A stretch of 64,000 nucleotides of DNA from positions 356,724 to 420,723 of the forward strand of contig NIVC01000469.1 of the NCBI GenBank assembly GCA_002269645.1. Direction: 5' to 3'. Of this stretch, positions 14,212-28,384 are shown piece after piece (position 1 is the stretch's first letter; every line of letters starts with the position of its first letter). The DNA is from Macrostomum lignano. Its lineage: Eukaryota. A program made the translations under genes and the position numbers. Under the pieces are notes generated by a model. The model saw only the letters and a list, made by a program, of their open reading frames with translations, made no database searches and had not been told where the DNA came from.

Positions 14212-15090
14212 AAGCACTCCACACAGCACTCCACACAGCACTCCACACAGCACTCCATACAGAACTACACACAGCACTCCACACAGCACTCCATACAGAA
14301 CTACACACAGTACTCCACACAGAACTACACACAGCACCCCATCCAATACCAAGCACTCTATCCAACACCAAGTACTCTATCCAATACCAAGCACTCCACA
14401 CGGCACTCCACACAGCACTCCACACAGCACTCCACACAGCACTCCACACAGTACTCCACACAGCACTCCACACAGTACTCCACACAGTACTCCACACAGT
14501 ACTCCACACAGTACTCCACACAGCACTCCACACAGCACTCCATACAGCACTCCACACAGCACTCCACACAGCACTCCATACAGCACTCCACACAGCACTC
14601 CACACAGCACTCCACACAGCACTCCACACAGCACTCCATACAGCACTCCATACAGCACTCCACACAGCACTCCACACAGAATTACAACAGCACCCCATCC
14701 AATACCAAGCACTCTATCCAATACCAAGCACTCTATCCAATACCAAGCACTCTATCCAATACCAAGCACTCTATCCAATACCAAGCACTCTATCCAATAC
14801 CAAGCACTCTATCCAATACCAAGCACTCTATCCAATACCAAGCACTCTATCCAATACCAAGCACTCTATCCAATACCAAGCACTCTATCCAATACCAAGC
14901 ACTCTATCCAATACCAAGCACTCTATCCAATACCAAGCACTCTATCCAATACCAAGCACTCTATCCAATACCAAGCACTCTATCCAATACCAAGCACTCT
15001 ATCCAATACCAAGCACTCTATCCAATACCAAGCACTCTATCCAATACCAAGCACTCTATCCAATACCAAGCACTCAATCCAATACCAAGC
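14212..15090. repeat. Compound minisatellite: 12-bp CACTCCACACAG blocks alternating with 19-bp ATCCAATACCAAGCACTCT blocks
   Basis: Directly visible. The two units share AGCACTC. Confidence 0.95.
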
Positions 15091-15136
15091 CAGTCCCGAA
15101 CAGGTCTCCGTCTTACCGTTTCGACTGTGTAAGACC

Positions 15137-18100
15137 TCAGGCCTCCCCAAATGCTCTCTGTATGGTGGGTCCATTCGCCTTGATGTAGGCAGAGTGATCG
15201 GCCATCGCCCGGTCCCGATACGAGGCCGGCAGAGCGCCTGAAAAATGGTTGCATGCAGGATACACACAAAAATGATGGTTTATTTAGCCTTAATGGTTTA
15301 TTTGGCGCTAATAATTTATGACATTAGTTTATCTTATTTGGCCCATTGTGGCCAATTAGTTAGCAGCGGCCTTAATTCAATTAAGTACATGAAGAACTAT
15401 ATGAAATGAAACTTTTTTATTTCTAAGAAGAAGCCGAATGCTCACCGCCAGACTCAGACTGCGGCAGCTGGCTCTCCAGTATCTGGTAGGTCTTCGGCTT
15501 CACATTCTTGTAGACTGGCCCGCCCTGCCCCCTGTTGGACTTCGAGGACACCTGGCCGCCGTTGATCGACGTTACTGGGTGCACCGCGGCGGCGGCGGGT
15601 GGCGGTGAAGCTTGGCGCCCTGCCGCTGTAGCTCCGTAAGCCGCCACGTTGAATGCCCGCCTGGGTTGTTCCAGAGATGATGTATGATGATTTCAAAAGT
15701 TGTCAGATTCAGGTAGAGGCATGAAGTCCCCGGGCTCGAATCGCACGAAAATTGGCTTTGTCGTGCGATTCTTGCCCGTGTGGGCCTATCTTCGACCCGC
15801 GGGTATAGTTCATAAGTTTGTGTTGATTGTTTCCTTCTTTGTAAATATTTTTACGTAGTTTCTTTCCACGTGGAGTCATTCTATACGAGCAGTCCCAGAG
15901 TCCCGCAACTTGTGCATTAGTGCAATCGATTCTTCAAAGTAACTAAAACTTTATTAGGTCAACTAAACGTCCATAGACTTCTACAGTCGAGAAGTCCGTG
16001 TTAAACACGCTAAATTTTCGTTATTTTCCGTCTTCTTTTATTCTACAAGAAATCCTGGGATGCAGATGAATGGATCGGCTGCCTTCGTCCGGTCTCAAGA
16101 CAGCGTTTTCACGAGAACCATCAGAGAGAGAGGCGTAGAGTTCGTTAAAAAGGGAATGCTTTGTTCTACCTATCTTTTGTGCAGTAATGAAGAACTTTCA
16201 GGGGTCTAAAAGTTGAAGAACGATGGCCCAGCCCAAGGTGGAGCTCTTGATTTCGTACTTAAGACGTGCACGTGCATTTTTCTACAATAAGAAAAAGGTC
16301 AAGAATCTTTTGCTTCAAGCTGCCAAGAGCTCCGTGTCAGCAGCATGCCAGAGTTTCTCTCTAAATTTTTCCGTCTCCATACTTCACACTTCTCCATACT
16401 CCAAATTAATGACTTAGAGATATTTACTTATTAAAGTACAAGTTATATCAGTTAATAACGACAGTGCAAGCAATTTGGAGGCAGGGATGCAACAAATTTA
16501 AATTTGACACGTGCAGACTGAAAATTTCAATGGCGGTACGAGCTATGGAATCGGTAGATTGTGCATATGGTTTTGAAGGTAGACAATGATTTGGGTGAGT
16601 TAGAATGAGTTTAAAATTAATTAAAATTATTCTTCTGAGTGCCACTTTAACGTACTCAGTAAAACAAAACAATTGACAATATTTTATATAACAGACATAT
16701 TAACTAAGTAATTTAGACTGGTATTTGGTATGCTTAGAATGAGTATTCACCTTTAAAGATTAATAGCTCGTACTAGTAGTCGAAAAATATGTTACTTAGG
16801 CATTATTGGTTATAGTGTTATTGTTTTTCACATATCAATTTATTATTATTTACAGTCAGTCTTAAATAGTAGAAAACTGCAGGTTTAGACTGACTATCTG
16901 TTAGCTTAAAACAGGTCTCGGCAAACATGCGGCCCATGAAGCCTTTCTATCCGGCCCTCGGGTCCTTTGAAACTTCGCAATAGCAATCCGGCCCGCTCAA
17001 GGTTTGTGTCTCTTCTCAGCTCTCTTTCTCTCACCTCTTCTCTCTCTCCTCTTCTCTCTCCTCTCTCCCCGTCTCTCCTCTCTTCCCACTCTCTCTTCTC
17101 TACCCGTCTCTCCTCTGCTCTCTCTTCTCCCTCCCCTCTCTTCCCGTCATTCCTCTTCTCTCTCTCTCCTTTTCTCGCCCTTTCTATCCTCATATCTTTT
17201 CTCTCATTTTATCTCTCATCTTTTATCCTCTCTACTTTCCATTCTCATTTCTTTCCATGGCCCGCAGCCATGAGCTGGATTTTCTATCTGGGTAAAAGGT
17301 TTGCCTCAAAAAAAGTCCCAAAAACGTGATTTGTAAACTCATATCGTCGAGTCTGTTAAATAAAATATTTTCATGTGTTTTCTGCTGACTACTTTAAACT
17401 AACACTTAAAATAATTTTAAGCCACTTTAAACTTACTCGAACCGCTTTGTTTTTCACGGGTAATGAAGCCAGGAGAGACGGAAATTAACCATTGTCTATG
17501 ACGAAACCATATGCACAGGTGCATTGGGAGGTACAAATAAAAATTAAGAAAATCTCGTTAAGAAAGTATCCCAAGTCCAGAAAATCTTTAAAAGCTACGA
17601 GTTAAATAGTTTTGTCTACTTGCAAGACTTACTGGTGGGAGGTTTGTAAAGGGAAGCACCATGTCTACGGGGGCAACCATAGCCTGGCCAGGAATGAGTA
17701 GCTACGTGGAATAAACAACGGTTATGACGCAAAAATTAACATAGAGTCCTAATTTTCTGAACGAAAAGCTTTATGAATATCGATAGAGCAATAAGAAAGG
17801 CACAACATATCAAAAGATGAACATTGGGTCTGCCTCCTATCAAAAGCAATAACAAATTTGTTCGAGCATTCGAGCAGACAACTGTCCAAAGAGTTAAGTG
17901 AAGCAGAAGCCCAAGCAAAAGCAGCGGAGCAGAAGCAGAGGCTGAATATAGAAGTGCAAGGTGCAGAATGCTATTCCCTGATGCACGCCATGACGCCAAT
18001 CTCTTTAGCAGCACACGACTATAGAGGCCGGGACTGCTGAGCTATCAAAGTGTAATCTCCATCTTCTGTTGACTGTTTGCAGGACAAAGCAACTCCTCAT

Positions 18101-21100
18101 GGTCTCCGTTGATTGCTGGAGAAAATGCTCAGTTAGCAAAAACACACATATGTTCCTCAGTACATCGATGCAGCTTTTAAATGTGTGTCATGCTGCGCAT
18201 TCTGTCGCCTGAGGGATGTGTTTTTTCTGCTTCCTACGTGTGCAAACACTTTCATCGACAGGGCCGTGCCATTGAAAATTCTGCATCTGAGCTTTAGGAG
18301 AAGCAGGGACTACTCGAGTAGATGGACGGGAAACTACGTTTCTTGGAAAATTTTTGAGGCAGGTTTTTACAAAAAAATACATTACGGAGATAGGAGGTTT
18401 TAGTTTTTCTCGGCACAAAATTGTTATTGCTTTTGATAGGAGGGAGACCCAATGTTTATATTTTGACATGAGTTGCCTATCTTATTGCTCTATTGATATT
18501 CATAAAGCTTTTCGTTTAGAAGATTAGGATTCCATGTTAATTTTAAATCCTACGTACAATCGTACATGTACATGCACTGTGCCTAAAAATAAAAATATGG
18601 CACAGCTCGACTCATTGGTTTTTGAAATCGATTTTATCATTCTAGTTTAATGACAAACTGTGTAACTGAATGATAAAACAGACTTCTAAAACCAATGAGT
18701 TGAGTTGAGCCACTTTGAAATAATTTTTTTTCCATGGAACATGTTTGATAGCATGTTAAGTAAATAATAAACGTCGTTTAATTCACATTCTGTGGTTAGA
18801 ATGTCCGAGGCTGCATTTAATGGTCCCGAGGCGAGCAAAGCGAGCCGAGGACCATTGATTGTAGCCGAGGATATTCTAACCATAGACTATGGTGAATTAA
18901 GCGGCGTTTATTATATATGAACTTCGATATCTTATTTTTCGGGGGCATCCCATCTGATTGATAGACATTATAGGCTTAGGCCATTTGATTCCGACCATAG
19001 ACAAATCAAATACGTTTCTCACGAAGATGCAGTCACGAAGCAGCCAGTCAATCAGTGGTGGCAAAAAGTAAAAGCCAAATTCAGAGTCGCTTCTTCTTCA
19101 AAATAGAATCAAAAATACAATATGGAAGGCTTAGAAGACCTCAATTTTGACGCTTTTTTTGCTGCTGTCGGAATAGAGTCGACAACTCGAGCTTCTGCTG
19201 AGTCCCTGGACGAAGCTGCTCTAAAAAAAAGAATCGAAGAAAGTTTGCCTGCCGCTACCCGAGCGAAGGAAAAATGGGCAATGAAGTTATTTAATCTATG
19301 GAAGGAGACGCGCGTCAATCGTCAATTGGCAGGCGAAGAGTCGGGACTTATGGTTCTCAAGCCAACCTCCTAATTAATATGATTAACCTCCTATCTCTGA
19401 ATTTTGGTAAAACCTGCCTCCGAAAATTGTCCAAGAATCGTAGTTCCCTTCCTTCTACTTGAATAGTCCATTTGGACAAGGTGCTCGCGGGAACTCAAGT
19501 ATATAGTTGGATCTCGGGAAAAGTGCAATTTTTATTCATACAAGAAAATCCTGACATGAAAATCTCGCGAGAAAAATTTATATTTTTATTCATTAAAAAA
19601 CACGACATTCTCGCTTTCTAGAAAGAAAAAGGTTTTTTATTCTTATTCATACCACCCAATGATTTCGATGCGTTGAATAAACAGCATATACAGTAGGGGC
19701 AATGGTTATCAAATTTGCATAGGTGCAATTGACTTCCACTTGTAAAAGTTCAGAAAAAGGATAAAAAACTCAGTTGGAATACATTCCGCGTGAAGCGACG
19801 CAGCATAACTATATAATGTAAGGCCCATTGTGAAGTTCTTTTTGTTGGACCATCACAAAATCAAATGCGGTGTTTAATACAGCGTCACTAAGAACTCCAC
19901 TTGGCAACAAAAACACTCCTTGGATTTTAACGTCTCAGCACTCCCTTCTCCTTGGCATCTCAACCTTCTCCGTGGCATCTCAACCTTCTCCTTGGCATCT
20001 CAACCTTCTCATTGGCATCTCAACCTTCTCCTTGGCATCTCAACCTTCTCCTTGGCATCTCAACCTTCTCCTTGGCATCTCAACCTTCTCCTTGGCATCT
20101 CAACCTTCTCCTTGGCATCTCAACCTTCTCCGTGGCATCTCAACATTCTCCGTGGCATCTCAACCTTCTCCGTGGCATCTCAACCTTCTCATTGGCATCT
20201 CAACCTTCTCATTGGCATCTCAACCTTCTCCTTGGCATCTCAACCTTCTCCTTGGCATCTCAACCTTCTACTTGGCATCTCAACCTTCTCATTGGCATCT
20301 CAACCTTCTCCTTGGCATCTCAACCTTCTCCGTGGCATCTCAACCTTCTCCGTGGCATCTCAGCCTTCTCCTTGGCATCTCAACCTTCTCCTTGGCATCT
20401 CAACCTTCTCCGTGGCATCTCAACCTTCTCCTTGGCATCTCAACCTTCTCCTTGGCATCTCAACCTTCTCCTTGGCATCTCAACCTTCTCCTTGGCATCT
20501 CAACCTTCTCCTTGGCATCTCAACCTTCTCCTTGGCATCTCAACCTTCTCCTTGGCATCTCAACCTTCTCATTGGCATCTCAACCTTCTCCTTGGCATCT
20601 CAACCTTCTCCTTGGCATCTCAACCTTCTCCTTGGCATCTCAACCTTCTCCTTGGCATCTCAACCTTCTCCTTGGCATCTCAACCTTCTCCGTGGCATCT
20701 CAACATTCTCCTTGGCATCTCAACCTTCTCCTTGGCATCTCAACCTTCTCCTTGGCATCTCAACCTTCTCCTTGGCATCTCAACCTTCTCCTTGGCATCT
20801 CAACCTTCTCCTGGCATCTCAACCTTCTCCTTGGCATCTCAACCTTCTCCTTGGCATCTCAACCTTCTCCTTGGCATCTCAACCTTCTCCGTTGGCATCT
20901 CAACCTTCTCCTTGGCATCTCAACCTTCTCCTTGGCATCTCAACCTTCTCCTTGGCATCTCAACCTTCTCCTTGGCATCTCAACCTTCTCCTTGGCATCT
21001 CAACCTTCTCCTTGGCATCTCAACCTTCTCATTGGCATCTCAACCTTCTCCTTGGCATCTCAACCTTCTCCTTGGCATCTCAACCTTCTCCTTGGCATCT

Positions 21101-24100
21101 CAACCTTCTCCTTGGCATCTCAACCTTCTCCTTGGCATCTCAACCTTCTCCGTGGCATCTCAACCTTCTCCTTGGCATCTCAACATTCTCCTTGGCATCT
21201 CAACCTTCTCCTTGGCATCTCAACCTTCTCCTTGGCATCTCAACCTTCTCCGTGGCATCTCAACCTTCTCCTTGGCATCTCAACCTTCTCCTTGGCATCT
21301 CAACCTTCTCCTTGGCATCTCAACCTTCTCATTGGCATCTCAACCTTCTCCTTGGCATCTCAACCTTCTCATTGGCATCTCAACCTTCTCCTTGGCATCT
21401 CAACCTTCTCCTTGGCATCTCAACCTTCTCCTTGGCATCTCAACCTTCTCCGTGGCATCTCAACCTTCTCCGTGGCATCTCAACTTTCTCCGTGGCATCT
21501 CAACATTCTCCTTGGCATCTCAACCTTCTCCTTGGCATCTCAACCTTCTCCTTGGCATCTCAACCTTCTCCGTGGCATCTCAACCTTCTCCTTGGCATCT
21601 CAACCTTCTCCTTGGCATCTCAACCTTCTCATTGGCATCTCAACCTTCTCCTTGGCATCTCAACCTTCTCCTTGGCATCTCAACCTTCTCATTGGCATCT
21701 CAACCTTCTCCTTGGCATCTCAACCTTCTCCTTGGCATCTCAACCTTCTCCTTGGCATCTCAACCTTCTCATTGGCATCTCAACCTTCTCCGTGGCATCT
21801 CAACCTTCTCCTTGGCATCTCAACCTTCTCCTTGGCATCTCAACCTTCTCCGTGGCATCTCAACCTTCTCCTTGGCATCTCAACCTTCTCCTTGGCATCT
21901 CAACCTTCTCCTGGCATCTCAACCTTCTCCGTGGCATCTCAACATTCTCCGTGGCATCTCAACCTTCTCCGTGGCATCTCAACCTTCTCCTTGGCATCTC
22001 AACCTTCTCCGTGGCATCTCAACCTTCTCCGTGGCATCTCAACCTTCTCCGTGGCATCTCAACCTTCTCCGTGGCATCTCAACATTCTCCGTGGCATCTC
22101 AACATTCTCCTTGGCATCTCAACCTTCTCCTTGGCATCTCAACCTTCTCCTTGGCATCTCAACCTTCTCCGTGGCATCTCAACCTTCTCCTTGGCATCTC
22201 AACCTTCTCCTTGGCATCTCAACCTTCTCCTTGGCATCTCAACCTTCTCATTGGCATCTCAACCTTCTCCTTGGCATCTCAACCTTCTCCTTGGCATCTC
22301 AACCTTCTCCTTGGCATCTCAACCTTCTCCTTGGCATCTCAACCTTCTCATTGGCATCTCAACCTTCTCCGTGGCATCTCAACCTTCTCCTTGGCATCTC
22401 AACCTTCTCCTTGGCATCTCAACCTTCTCATTGGCATCTCAACCTTCTCCTTGGCATCTCAACCTTCTCCTTGGCATCTCAACCTTCTCCTTGGCATCTC
22501 AACCTTCTCCTTGGCATCTCAACCTTCTCCTTGGCATCTCAACCTTCTCCTTGGCATCTCAACCTTCTCCTTGGCATCTCAACCTTCTCCTTGGCATCTC
22601 AACCTTCTCCGTTGGCATCTCAACCTTCTCCTTGGCATCTCAACCTTCTCCTTGGCATCTCAACCTTCTCCTTGGCATCTCAACCTTCTCCTTGGCATCT
22701 CAACCTTCTCCTTGGCATCTCAACCTTCTCCTTGGCATCTCAACCTTCTCCTTGGCATCTCAACCTTCTCCTTGGCATCTCAACCTTCTCCTTGGCATCT
22801 CAACCTTCTCCTTGGCATCTCAACCTTCTCCTTGGCATCTCAACCTTCTCCTTGGCATCTCAACCTTCTCCTTGGCATCTCAACCTTCTCCGTGGCATCT
22901 CAACCTTCTCCTTGGCATCTCAACCTTCTCCTTGGCATCTCAACCTTCTCCTTGGCATCTCAACCTTCTCCTTGGCATCTCAACCTTCTCCTTGGCATCT
23001 CAACCTTCTCCTTGGCATCTCAACCTTCTCCTTGGCATCTCAACCTTCTCCGTGGCATCTCAACCTTCTCCTTGGCATCTCAACCTTCTCCTTGGCATCT
23101 CAACCTTCTCCTTGGCATCTCAACCTTCTCCGTGGCATCTCAACCTTCTCCGTGGCATCTCAACCTTCTCCGTTGGCATCTCAACCTTCTCCTTGGCATC
23201 TCAACCTTCTCCTTGGCATCTCAACCTTCTCCTTGGCATCTCAACCTTCTCCTGGCATCTCAACCTTCTCCGTGGCATCTCAACCTTCTCCGTGGCATCT
23301 CAACATTCTCCGTGGCATCTCAACCTTCTCCTTGGCATCTCAACCTTCTCCTTGGCATCTCAACCTTCTCCTTGGCATCTCAACCTTCTCCGTGGCATCT
23401 CAACCTTCTCCTTGGCATCTCAACCTTCTCCTTGGCATCTCAACCTTCTCCTTGGCATCTCAACCTTCTCCTTGGCATCTCAACCTTCTCCTTGGCATCT
23501 CAACCTTCTCCTTGGCATCTCAACCTTCTCCTTGGCATCTCAACCTTCTCCTTGGCATCTCAACCTTCTCCTTGGCATCTCAACCTTCTCCTTGGCATCT
23601 CAACCTTCTCCTTGGCATCTCAACCTTCTCCTTGGCATCTCAACCTTCTCCTTGGCATCTCAACCTTCTCCTTGGCATCTCAACCTTCTCCTTGGCATCT
23701 CAACCTTCTCCTTGGCATCTCAACCTTCTCCTTGGCATCTCAACCTTCTCCTTGGCATCTCAACCTTCTCCTTGGCATCTCAACCTTCTCCTTGGCATCT
23801 CAACCTTCTCCTTGGCATCTCAACCTTCTCCTTGGCATCTCAACCTTCTCCTTGGCATCTCAACCTTCTCCTTGGCATCTCAACCTTCTCCTTGGCATCT
23901 CAACCTTCTCCTTGGCATCTCAACCTTCTCCTTGGCATCTCAACCTTCTCCTTGGCATCTCAACCTTCTCCTTGGCATCTCAACCTTCTCATTGGCATCT
24001 CATCTCTCCCTTCTCCTTGGCATCTCAACCTTCTCCTTGGCATCTCAACCTTCTCCTTGGCATCTCAACCTTCTCCGTGGCATCTCAACTTCTCCGTGGC

Positions 24101-25579
24101 ATCTCAACCTTCTCCTTGGCATCTCAACCTTCTCCTTGGCATCTCAACCTTCTCCGTGGCATCTCAACATTCTCCTTGGCATCTCAACCTTCTCCTTGGC
24201 ATCTCAACCTTCTCCTTGGCATCTCAACCTTCTCCTTGGCATCTCAACCTTCTCCTTGGCATCTCAATTCCTTGGCATCTCAGCCTTCCTTGGCATCTCA
24301 GCCCATATCCTTGGCATCTCAGCCCATATCCTTGGCATCTCAGCCCATATCCTTGGCATCTCAGCCCATATCCTTGGCATCTCAGCCCATATCCTTGGCA
24401 TCTCAGCCCATATCCTTGGCATCTCAGCCCATATCCTTGGCATCTCAGCCCATATCCTTGGCATCTCAGCCCATATCCTTGGCATCTCAGCCCATATCCT
24501 TGGCATCTCAGCCCATATCCTTGGCATCTCAGCCCATATCCTTGGCATCTCAGCCCATATCCTTGGCATCTCAGCCCATATCCTTGGCATCTCAGCCCAT
24601 ATCCTTGGCATCTCAGCCCATATCCTTGGCATCTCAGCCCATATCCTTGGCATCTCAGCCCATATCCTTGGCATCTCAGCCCATATCCTTGGCATCTCAG
24701 CCCATATCCTTGGCATCTCAGCCCATATCCTTGGCATCTCAGCCCATATCCTTGGCATCTCAGCCCATATCCTTGGCATCTCAGCCCATATCCTTGGCAT
24801 CTCAGCCCATATCCTTGGCATCTCAGCCCATATCCTTGGCATCTCAGCCCATATCCTTGGCATCTTAGCCCATATCCTTGGCATCTCAGCATTCAGTGGC
24901 GAGTTCCTGACTCCCTGTCACTCACTTCTTTACTGTGAAGTCCAACTCGTTCCCGGCTCTGAGCACCTCGGCTTTGACCTGCGAGTGAGCGAATCCGGAA
25001 CAATAGGTCTGATTGATTTTCACGATGACATCGCCTGGCTCCAGACCGCACTTGTGGGCCACGCTGTTGCGGGTGATCTGCGAGTGATGGGGTTGAGGGT
25101 GTCAGTGCTCTGGTTGAGGGTGTCAGTGCTCCGGTTGAGGGTGTCAGTGCTCTGGTTGAGGGTGTCAGTGTTCCGATTGAGGGTGTCAGTATTCCGGTTG
25201 AGGGTGTCAGTGCTCTGGTTGAGGGTGTCAGTATTCCGGTTGAGGGTGTCAGTGCTCTGGTTGAGGGTGTCAGTATTCCGGTTGAGGGTGTCAGTGCTCT
25301 GGTTGAGGGTGTCAGTGTTCCGGTTGAGGGTGTCAGTGTTCTGGTTGAGGGTGTCAGTGCTCTGGTTGAGGGTGTCAGTGTTCCGATTGAGGGTGTCAGT
25401 GCTCTGGTTGAGGGTGTCAGCGCTCTGCGGGTAGGTGTGTCAGAGACCTGGCCACCAACCTTGTGCACGAACACGGGCAGGTCAAAGTCGGTCCCACCCT
25501 GCAGCGCGAAGCCCCACGCCTTGTCGCTGGTGTACCTGCGAAGCGACACCATGGTGAGTAGGTCTTCCAGCTGGCTCAT
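15137..25579 (-). CDS. Small PDZ-domain protein of ALP/Enigma/Zasp type (PDZ + short ZM-like motif, no LIM seen); 4 coding exons
   Basis: Exons 25579-25460, 25077-24926, 15660-15446 and 15237-15137 join with phases 0, 2 and 1 into ~195 aa: MSQLEDLLTMVSLRRYTSDKAWGFALQGGTDFDLPVFVHK/ITRNSVAHKCGLEPGDVIVKIN...AEVLRAGNELDFTVK/KRAFNVAAY...VYKNVKPKTYQILESQLPQSESG/GALPASYRDRAMADHSAYIKANGPTIQRAFGEA*. WGFxLQGG PDZ signature. Additional exons in the 9-kb intron cannot be excluded. Confidence 0.85.
16912..17306. mobile_element. hAT/Charlie-like (MER58-like) MITE with an internal CT-rich tract
   Basis: Starts CAGGTCTCGGCAAACATGCGGCCC...ATCCGGCCC and ends GGCCCGCAGCC...CTATCTGGGTAAAAGGTTTGCC. No TSD found. 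Confidence 0.6.
17720..18710. mobile_element. Two fragments of the foldback P-like MITE family: right arm 17720-17850; left arm plus core 18305-18710
   Basis: Clear similarity to both arms of the intact element at 36718-37415 (CTGAACGAAAAGCTTTAT..., GGACGGGAAAC...TACGGAGATAGGA). Confidence 0.75.
18793..19373 (+). mobile_element. Crypton-like (tyrosine recombinase) element fragment: 90-bp palindrome plus truncated ORF 19122-19373
   Basis: Palindrome TGGTTAGAAT...CCGAGGCGAGCAAAGCGAGCCGAGG...ATTCTAACCA. ORF segment LDEAALKKRIEESLPAATRAKEKWAMKLFNLW resembles the N-terminal PxxTxxxTxWAxxxFxxW helix of Crypton/DUF3504 proteins. Confidence 0.5.
19941..24270. repeat. Large satellite, 20-bp unit CTTGGCATCTCAACCTTCTC (~215 copies) in PDZ gene intron 2
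   Basis: Directly visible. Source of the three spurious >1600-aa ORFs. Confidence 0.98.
24271..24891. repeat. 21-bp satellite CTTGGCATCTCAGCCCATATC (~28 near-identical copies)
   Basis: Directly visible. Abuts the 20-bp array and shares CTTGGCATCTCA. Confidence 0.98.
25090..25424. repeat. 21-bp minisatellite GGTTGAGGGTGTCAGTGCTCT filling PDZ gene intron 1
   Basis: Directly visible, ~16 copies. Confidence 0.95.
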
Positions 25580-26019
25580 GCTGGCAGTGAGCTGCAATAT
25601 TATGCCGAACTTTGCAAGGGATTTCTTCTGGAAGTGGGAAAAACTCGCATGTGTTTCTGAAGCCGGTTTTTATAATGCCAGCATCGATTGGCGCAGCTGG
25701 TTCCTGACTCTCTCCACCCTCTCCGCTTCGTCCGATTCTCCTGCACTCCAGCTGCGTAGGTGGCCCATAGACATTTCGCTCTGTTTGCACTTTAACTAGA
25801 AAAAATGCACAGCTGCCATGGCGGGTCGCTGAAGCCTCTCTGCCCCCTCCCCCTATTTCTTTCCTCTCCGCTCTGCTTCCCGTATGCGAATGGAAATGTC
25901 AAGCGCGAATCTACATGGACTACAGCACGCCACTGCTTAAGCAACAAAGTCGTCTTCCCAACCAGTTTTACAGCGGGCGAGCAAGTACTGCTTTGACTCT
26001 ACATCCGGTGTCTTACTAA

Positions 26020-27677
<1,658 letters not shown>

Positions 27678-28002
27678 CCCGTCCATTTAATAGTCATATT
27701 GAGTCTATTGAAAGAAAAATAGCAAGCTCATTGGCCTGATTGCAGGAGTCAGTCATGTGATCCGGTTCAGCCTCATGATTCAGCGCTCCACCTGCATCTG
27801 GGATGTAACAGTCCAGTAGGCTGGGAAGATAATCCGGGAAAACACTGCCTGCCCCCTCCCCTAGACAAGTGCAGCTGCAGGCAGTGATACATGCCGCATA
27901 ATACTGAGCCCCCCTCCCTCCCCAATAACGACACGTAGAAAATCATTAAAATTTAAGTGCCAGCATAAATTTTCCAACCCTCCTCCTACTGCTTTGCCCG
28001 TA

Positions 28003-28016
28003 GTTGCCATGGCAAC
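28003..28016. promoter_or_regulatory. Perfect RFX X-box GTTGCCATGGCAAC
   Basis: Exact 14-bp palindromic consensus. Function not shown. Confidence 0.45.
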
Positions 28017-28384
28017 TCAAGCATACCGAAAATGCCGTCCCCATATCTGCGTAGCATATAGATTCTAGAATCTAGATATATTGATGTTAATACGGCAGCG
28101 GAGCCCCCCCCATCTAAGCATCACGATAGCTTTTTTCTGCAATCGCCCGAGAGACCAACTAACGACGAGATTGTAAGTGTGAGAGAATTAGTGCGGCGTT
28201 ACCAAAAGGTCCATGGCTCTACCAGGGACCTCTACAATTTATTATCATAGATTTCATTCAGATAAACCAATATAAAGGAATTCGCGATTTGTCTATGGCC
28301 CAGACTAAGATTGGCTTTTAGCTTTGTATATCCGTTTGCTAGCATAGCACGACTAAAGCCATCTCTACATATAAAAATCAAAAC

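Noticed and set aside
19870-25434. Three overlapping ORFs of 1638-1854 aa
   Set aside because: They are translations of a 20/21-bp satellite with no stop codon in any plus-strand frame, and they lie in an intron of a minus-strand gene.
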